In this document: piece by piece, positions 60,568 through 64,000 of the stretch
Layout: each line of letters opens with the position of its first letter
Numbering within the stretch: the stretch's first letter is position 1
Assembly (NCBI GenBank): GCA_964395625.1
Contig: CAYNAR010000007.1
Location: 2,113 to 66,112 of the forward strand
DNA from: an uncultured Gammaproteobacteria bacterium
GTDB taxonomy: Bacteria; Patescibacteriota; Patescibacteriia; Patescibacteriales; WJLG01
Reading direction: 5' to 3'
Length of the DNA stretch: 64,000 bases
Notes under the pieces: model-generated
Databases searched by the model: none
What the model was told of the DNA's origin: nothing
The model's input: the letters and a program-made list of their open reading frames with translations, nothing else
Program-made: the position numbers and the translations under genes

Positions 60568-61324
60568 AGAAAAAATAAGCAAGGAAATAGAAAATGAGAA
60601 AATCAAACCGATCGGTCGAGGCTTCTTTATTTTAAAGAAGACGCTCGTCTGGTCTTTGATTTTTTTCTTTTTGTTGATGGCGGGACTCTCTTTGTCGGTC
60701 TTGCTTCTTCTCATAGCGCACGGGGATTGGGATATCTATAGATTTTTATCCATGTCCGAAGAGCTGTTTTTTATAAGAGCCTTCCCTTATTTTTGGCTGA
60801 TGACGGTTTTGGTCTTTTTGCTCTTGGCGATATTTCGCATCAAAAAGACGGAGAACGCCTACAGCCATCCTTTCTTGTATAATGGCTTAGCCGGTTTCGC
60901 GCTCATCTGCGTCTTCGCCTCCGTCTTCTATTTTTCCGGTCTGGGAGGAATGGCGGAGTCTTCTCTGTCGGAGAACGACGCCTATCGTCGGATGAATTTT
61001 TTCCGTTCCTCTTGGGATAATCCGGACAAAGGTCTGCTTTCCGGCGTATTGGAGGTTGATGGCGAAAATGTCTTGTTGAAGGATTTTTCGGAGAAGATTT
61101 GGACCATCGACAGTCCGAAAGGGGATTTCCCCGGTAAAAATTTGATGTCGCCAGGGAGAAAAGTGAAGCTTATCGGGAGAATGGTTTTTACCGATCGTTT
61201 TTATGTCGAAGAAGCAAGGCCATGGGAGTGCGGATGCCGTCATTGCGCCAAACAAGAAGAAGCTTGCTCCGGTTGCTCCAATGGATCTTGTTCGGGTGGA
61301 GCATCTTCTTGCTCGATGAAATAA
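60542..61324 (+). CDS. putative anti-sigma / membrane sensor with a Cys-rich C-terminal tail
   Basis: Start overlaps the sigma stop. Has 3-4 TM helices and an extracytoplasmic domain. Tail sequence: WECGCRHCAKQEEACSGCSNGSCSGGASSCSMK. Confidence 0.55.
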   Translation: MKNMLKDLEEKISKEIENEKIKPIGRGFFILKKTLVWSLIFFFLLMAGLSLSVLLLLIAHGDWDIYRFLSMSEELFFIRAFPYFWLMTVLVFLLLAIFRIKKTENAYSHPFLYNGLAGFALICVFASVFYFSGLGGMAESSLSENDAYRRMNFFRSSWDNPDKGLLSGVLEVDGENVLLKDFSEKIWTIDSPKGDFPGKNLMSPGRKVKLIGRMVFTDRFYVEEARPWECGCRHCAKQEEACSGCSNGSCSGGASSCSMK

Positions 61325-61390
61325 ATATAGACCCTCGGTCGTATTATTTTAGGAAGGCGCTTCCAAGCTAAAAAATTAACAAAAAAATAA

Positions 61391-61744
61391 ATGAAGAAAG
61401 GTATTCTTTTCGGCGGAATGGGCCTCGCCCTTTTCGCGGCAGGAATTTTCTTTTTCGCTAATTCCGGGACAGGCAATGTTTCGGCCAGCGGAAATGATAA
61501 GAGCGTAGAAGTAGTTAAGAGCGATGTTGCTCCGACTTGCGGATGCAATGGTGCTGGCGGAGCCTCATGTTCTTGCTCTTCGGCCAATGGAGAAGCTGGA
61601 AAAGGTTGCTCAGCCAACGGCGGTTCTTGCGGTTGCTCGGCCAATGGGGGAGCAGGTAAAGGCAAGGAATTGCGTGGTGCTTCTATTGAAGAAAAGAATG
61701 CTGCCAGAGCCGAGAGACAAGCCTCTTGTGGTTGCAAAAAATAG
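61391..61744 (+). CDS. small membrane-anchored Cys/Gly-rich protein
   Basis: N-terminal TM. Contains TCGCNGAGGASCSCSSANGEAGKGCSANGGSCGCSANGGAGKG...SCGCKK. Confidence 0.55.
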   Translation: MKKGILFGGMGLALFAAGIFFFANSGTGNVSASGNDKSVEVVKSDVAPTCGCNGAGGASCSCSSANGEAGKGCSANGGSCGCSANGGAGKGKELRGASIEEKNAARAERQASCGCKK

Positions 61745-61766
61745 TAGTTTTCAGTAGTTAAGTCGT

Positions 61767-61796
61767 AAAGGGCGCTTTAATGCGCCCTTTATTTTC
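61767..61796 (+). terminator. rho-independent terminator
   Basis: AAGGGCGC / GCGCCCTT 8-bp stem followed by T-rich sequence. Confidence 0.75.
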
Positions 61797-61892
61797 TCTT
61801 GTTTTAGCGGGGTTGACTAAAGCCGTGGATTTTATTAGGATATTACAGTAGGCAGTGAGTGGATATCTCCCTGCCTTTATTAAGCCACTCTT

Positions 61893-61982
61893 GGAGAGTT
61901 CGCATAGTGGTCTAGTGCACTCGCTTGGAAAGCGGGCAGGGTGTCAAAGCCCTCGAGGGTTCAAATCCCTCACTCTCCGCCA
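61893..61982 (+). tRNA. tRNA-Ser (anticodon GGA), CCA encoded
   Basis: Acceptor GGAGAGT/ACTCTCC. Anticodon stem CTCGC/GCGGG with loop TTGGAAA. Long variable arm AGGG..CCCT. T-arm GAGGG-TTCAAAT-CCCTC. Discriminator G followed by CCA. Confidence 0.9.
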
Positions 61983-61994
61983 GTAAAAAGATGA

Positions 61995-62016
61995 AACGCC
62001 CACAAGGCGTTTTTTC
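61995..62016 (+). terminator. terminator after tRNA-Ser
   Basis: AACGCC / GGCGTT stem followed by a T5 run. Confidence 0.65.
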
Positions 62017-62047
62017 TTTTATATTAAGAGAGAAAGAAGCATTTTTA

Positions 62048-63160
62048 TTACCTCGGACAAGCGATATTGACCTCTTGTTTTCGGGGAGTGTTGACCGCCT
62101 GTTGACCAAAAGTTTGAAGCTTGTTCAAAATATCGATCGTATCGTTCAGGACATTCGGCTCAAGATGGGCGTAGCGCATCGTTGTTTGTATTTCGGAATG
62201 GCCTAAGAGCGCTTGAATGCCTTTTAAGGGAGCTCCATGGCTAACAAGTCGGCTTGCGAACGTGTGGCGCAACGTGTGCCATTTCAAGCGCCTTAAACCA
62301 GCTCGCTGGCAGATTCTGACAAGATTATTCAGGCATCTGTTCTGTAATATCGGTTTGCTGGGCTCGATAGTAAAAACGAAGCCTATTCTTTCGTTCTTGG
62401 CCAGAAGCATCTGATAGACTCGGTTAGTCATCGGTATGCGCCTTTCGCGATTGCTTTTCGGGGAGGATATCTGTTTTACTGTGAACGACCTCCTGACCAC
62501 GATCTCGTTTTTCTCGAAGTTTACTGATGGCCAATCAAGCGCCGCTAATTCACCGAGCCTTAGACCGGTATCGACTGACATGATAATCATTTCTCTCCAT
62601 GTTCCGGTAGCCGCGGCAATCAACTCGTTTTCTTCTTCCAAGGTTAAGAAGTCGTATTTATAGGGAGGGACTTTCAGTTTTTGTATTCGAGGTATCTTTT
62701 CGATAAGCTCCCACTCCACTGCCGTGCGCAAACATTTGGATAAGATTGAAGTTAGATTGTTTACGGTTTTGGCCTTTGTTGGTGTTCCCGATCTTGTTAT
62801 TCTTTTTAATTCAGCCGCCTTGAATTCCTCAACTTTTTGATTGGTAATTTCAGAAAGTAAAAGTTTTCCAAAGAAGGGTATTAAGTGCGCGTCTAGGGCG
62901 CTCCTTTTGTGCATCTGCTCGGAAAGCTTGTTGTTGGTCGCGACATAGCAGTCAAACCATTTATTGGCAAAATCCAAAAAAGTCGGAATAGTTTTTTCCT
63001 CCACGTGGTCGTTTATTTTTTCGCCTTTGCTTAATTTAGTCCTTAGCGAAAATTCATAGGCCGTTGCGCCAGTTTTGGAATTTTCAGGACTTCTTAGGCG
63101 ATATCGCCGCCGATTGAAACGGAAATCAGTCCACCAGGTATTTCTAACTTTTCTTGGCAT
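62048..63160 (-). CDS. tyrosine recombinase / phage-type integrase
   Basis: RLGELAALDW (Arg I), HTLRHTFAS (H-x-x-R) and LLGHSEIQTTMRYAH (catalytic Tyr). Confidence 0.9.
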   Translation of the reverse strand: MPRKVRNTWWTDFRFNRRRYRLRSPENSKTGATAYEFSLRTKLSKGEKINDHVEEKTIPTFLDFANKWFDCYVATNNKLSEQMHKRSALDAHLIPFFGKLLLSEITNQKVEEFKAAELKRITRSGTPTKAKTVNNLTSILSKCLRTAVEWELIEKIPRIQKLKVPPYKYDFLTLEEENELIAAATGTWREMIIMSVDTGLRLGELAALDWPSVNFEKNEIVVRRSFTVKQISSPKSNRERRIPMTNRVYQMLLAKNERIGFVFTIEPSKPILQNRCLNNLVRICQRAGLRRLKWHTLRHTFASRLVSHGAPLKGIQALLGHSEIQTTMRYAHLEPNVLNDTIDILNKLQTFGQQAVNTPRKQEVNIACPR

Positions 63161-63163
63161 AGG

Positions 63164-63364
63164 TTATTTTATTGGTTTGATACGATTTTGATTTAGGTAT
63201 TCATCAACATCTTTTTTGTCGAACAAAATTTTCCATCCAACTTTATAGCAGGGGACAATCCTCTTGTCGATAAAGCGATAGACAGATGTTTTTGACAATC
63301 TTAAATACGCTGCCAATTCGCCAGTTGTCATTAGTTTTCGGGTTGTATTCGAACCAATCTCCAT
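63164..63364 (-). CDS. excisionase/AlpA-type HTH DNA-binding protein
   Basis: LMTTGELAAYLRLSKTSVYRFIDKRIVPCYKVG. 66 aa, immediately upstream of the integrase. Confidence 0.75.
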   Translation of the reverse strand: MEIGSNTTRKLMTTGELAAYLRLSKTSVYRFIDKRIVPCYKVGWKILFDKKDVDEYLNQNRIKPIK

Positions 63365-63462
63365 TTAATTTTTAAAGAGCAACACAGCATGACGAAGGTG
63401 GTCGTCCTTGGACTGTATTACTCTACCGTTTTTTAAGCTATTAGTCAATTTTTTGTCTAACA

Positions 63463-63999
63463 TTACGCAGTATTACGCGGTTTTGTGTCTATTTTCTTAG
63501 ACGCTTTTAAATCAAATCCCAACATTCCTTGTTGGCGATTATTTATGCCGAATTCGTTTAAGATAAAGCTATGGATTTTAAAGCTGGAAAGATTAGAAAC
63601 GATTTTTAAATCCAAAAACTTCTCAATTCCCTTTAGGGTTTTGAGATAGTTGTGCCAAGTTTGTCTGCTCTTATATTTTTCTAGGCAATTTCTCCTTGTT
63701 TGTGCTATTCCTTGTCTTTGTAGGCTGGCGATTATTCCTCTTGCCGTGTCCTTTGTTGCAATGTGGCAATATCGATAATCAAGATAAGCATCTATAAATG
63801 GTTGTTGCTCTAAAGCCAAAAAGATAAAATTGCTTAATGGATGATTGTAAATTTTGCCTATCTCTTCCTTTATTAGCGCTTCCCAAATTTTTGGTTTAAA
63901 AATGTTTTTAAGTGTTGGTTTGGCCTCACCTAGATATGGTTTTAATCTTTCAGCTATTTTGCGGCCTGTTTTTAAGGTGAGCTCAACCCTTAAAATTTC
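63463..63999 (-). CDS. hypothetical protein of the integrated element, 5' end outside window (possibly a replication initiator)
   Basis: The frame stays open upstream of the track's TTG start all the way to the window edge (...EILRVELTLKTGRKIAERLKPYL...). The Rep assignment is only a weak resemblance. Confidence 0.5.
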   Translation of the reverse strand, partial: EILRVELTLKTGRKIAERLKPYLGEAKPTLKNIFKPKIWEALIKEEIGKIYNHPLSNFIFLALEQQPFIDAYLDYRYCHIATKDTARGIIASLQRQGIAQTRRNCLEKYKSRQTWHNYLKTLKGIEKFLDLKIVSNLSSFKIHSFILNEFGINNRQQGMLGFDLKASKKIDTKPRNTA

Positions 64000-64000
64000 G

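Larger units (their letters stand above)
61983..64000. mobile_element. left end of an integrative element inserted at tRNA-Ser (continues beyond the window)
   Basis: The integrase gene ends 66 bp after the tRNA 3' end. It is followed by an excisionase-type HTH gene and a possible replication gene. Confidence 0.6.

Noticed and set aside
61240-61737. 165-aa minus-strand ORF with PPLAEQP repeats
   Set aside because: It is the antisense shadow of the Cys/Gly-repeat gene and the anti-sigma tail on the plus strand. Both plus-strand genes have proper starts and TM segments and fit the operon context.
1-64000. CRISPR arrays, rRNA genes, and DGR template/variable repeats
   Set aside because: I found no regularly spaced direct repeats with unique spacers and no rRNA-like sequence. 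The only RT has retron (NAxxH/VTG) rather than DGR features. I saw no near-identical TR/VR pair.

Overview
This 64-kb window looks like part of a small, moderately AT-rich bacterial genome. The gene content suggests a Patescibacteria/CPR-like organism: sigma-r4/HARE-HTH proteins, pilin-anchored giant surface proteins, GxVGIGT fibre proteins, and isolated purC and pheA genes. That placement is inference; no database search was possible.

Layout, left to right:
- 1-6612: end of ndk, then a fermentation operon (pflA, focA, ADP-forming acetyl-CoA synthetase, pflB).
- 6620-10260: a visibly AT-rich insertion. It carries what I consider the most interesting object: a retron-like module. This is a 175-nt non-coding region bracketed by a 17-20 bp inverted repeat that abuts the RT start codon, then a retron-type reverse transcriptase (NAxxH, YADD and VTG motifs), then a trypsin-like Ser protease. 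The protease reading frame joins the RT only through a -1 shift on a T7 run. The module is followed by a HUH/Y1 (IS200/RAYT-like) transposase-like gene flanked by 12-bp inverted repeats. A decayed duplicate of that gene's 3' end sits on the other side of the retron.
- 10260-12660: accessory small genes, namely a zinc-ribbon-like protein, a secreted EEP nuclease/phosphatase, an orphan promoter / 29-aa peptide / terminator unit, and two paralogous small proteins.
- 12627-13757: pheA preceded by a Phe-rich leader peptide (FFFAFFF) and a terminator, i.e. a classical attenuator.
- 13860-31815: housekeeping genes (yebC, ruvC, sigma-like, lepB, hisS, rpsU, ABC exporter, purC, purE-like, rel).
- 31921-54637: a large cell-surface block. 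It holds two giant paralogous proteins with VirB2/TrbC-like pilin N-termini; one is split by a G8 tract. It also holds Ca-binding-repeat proteins, two fibre-like proteins and four prepilin-type genes, with ybeY and dgkA embedded.
- 55128-61744: ligA, gatC, a UDP-sugar-dehydrogenase-like gene, gatA, and an ECF sigma / anti-sigma / Cys-rich trio.
- 61893-64000: tRNA-Ser(GGA) followed by the start of an integrase/excisionase element.

No CRISPR array and no rRNA were seen. All functional calls rest on motif recognition by eye.
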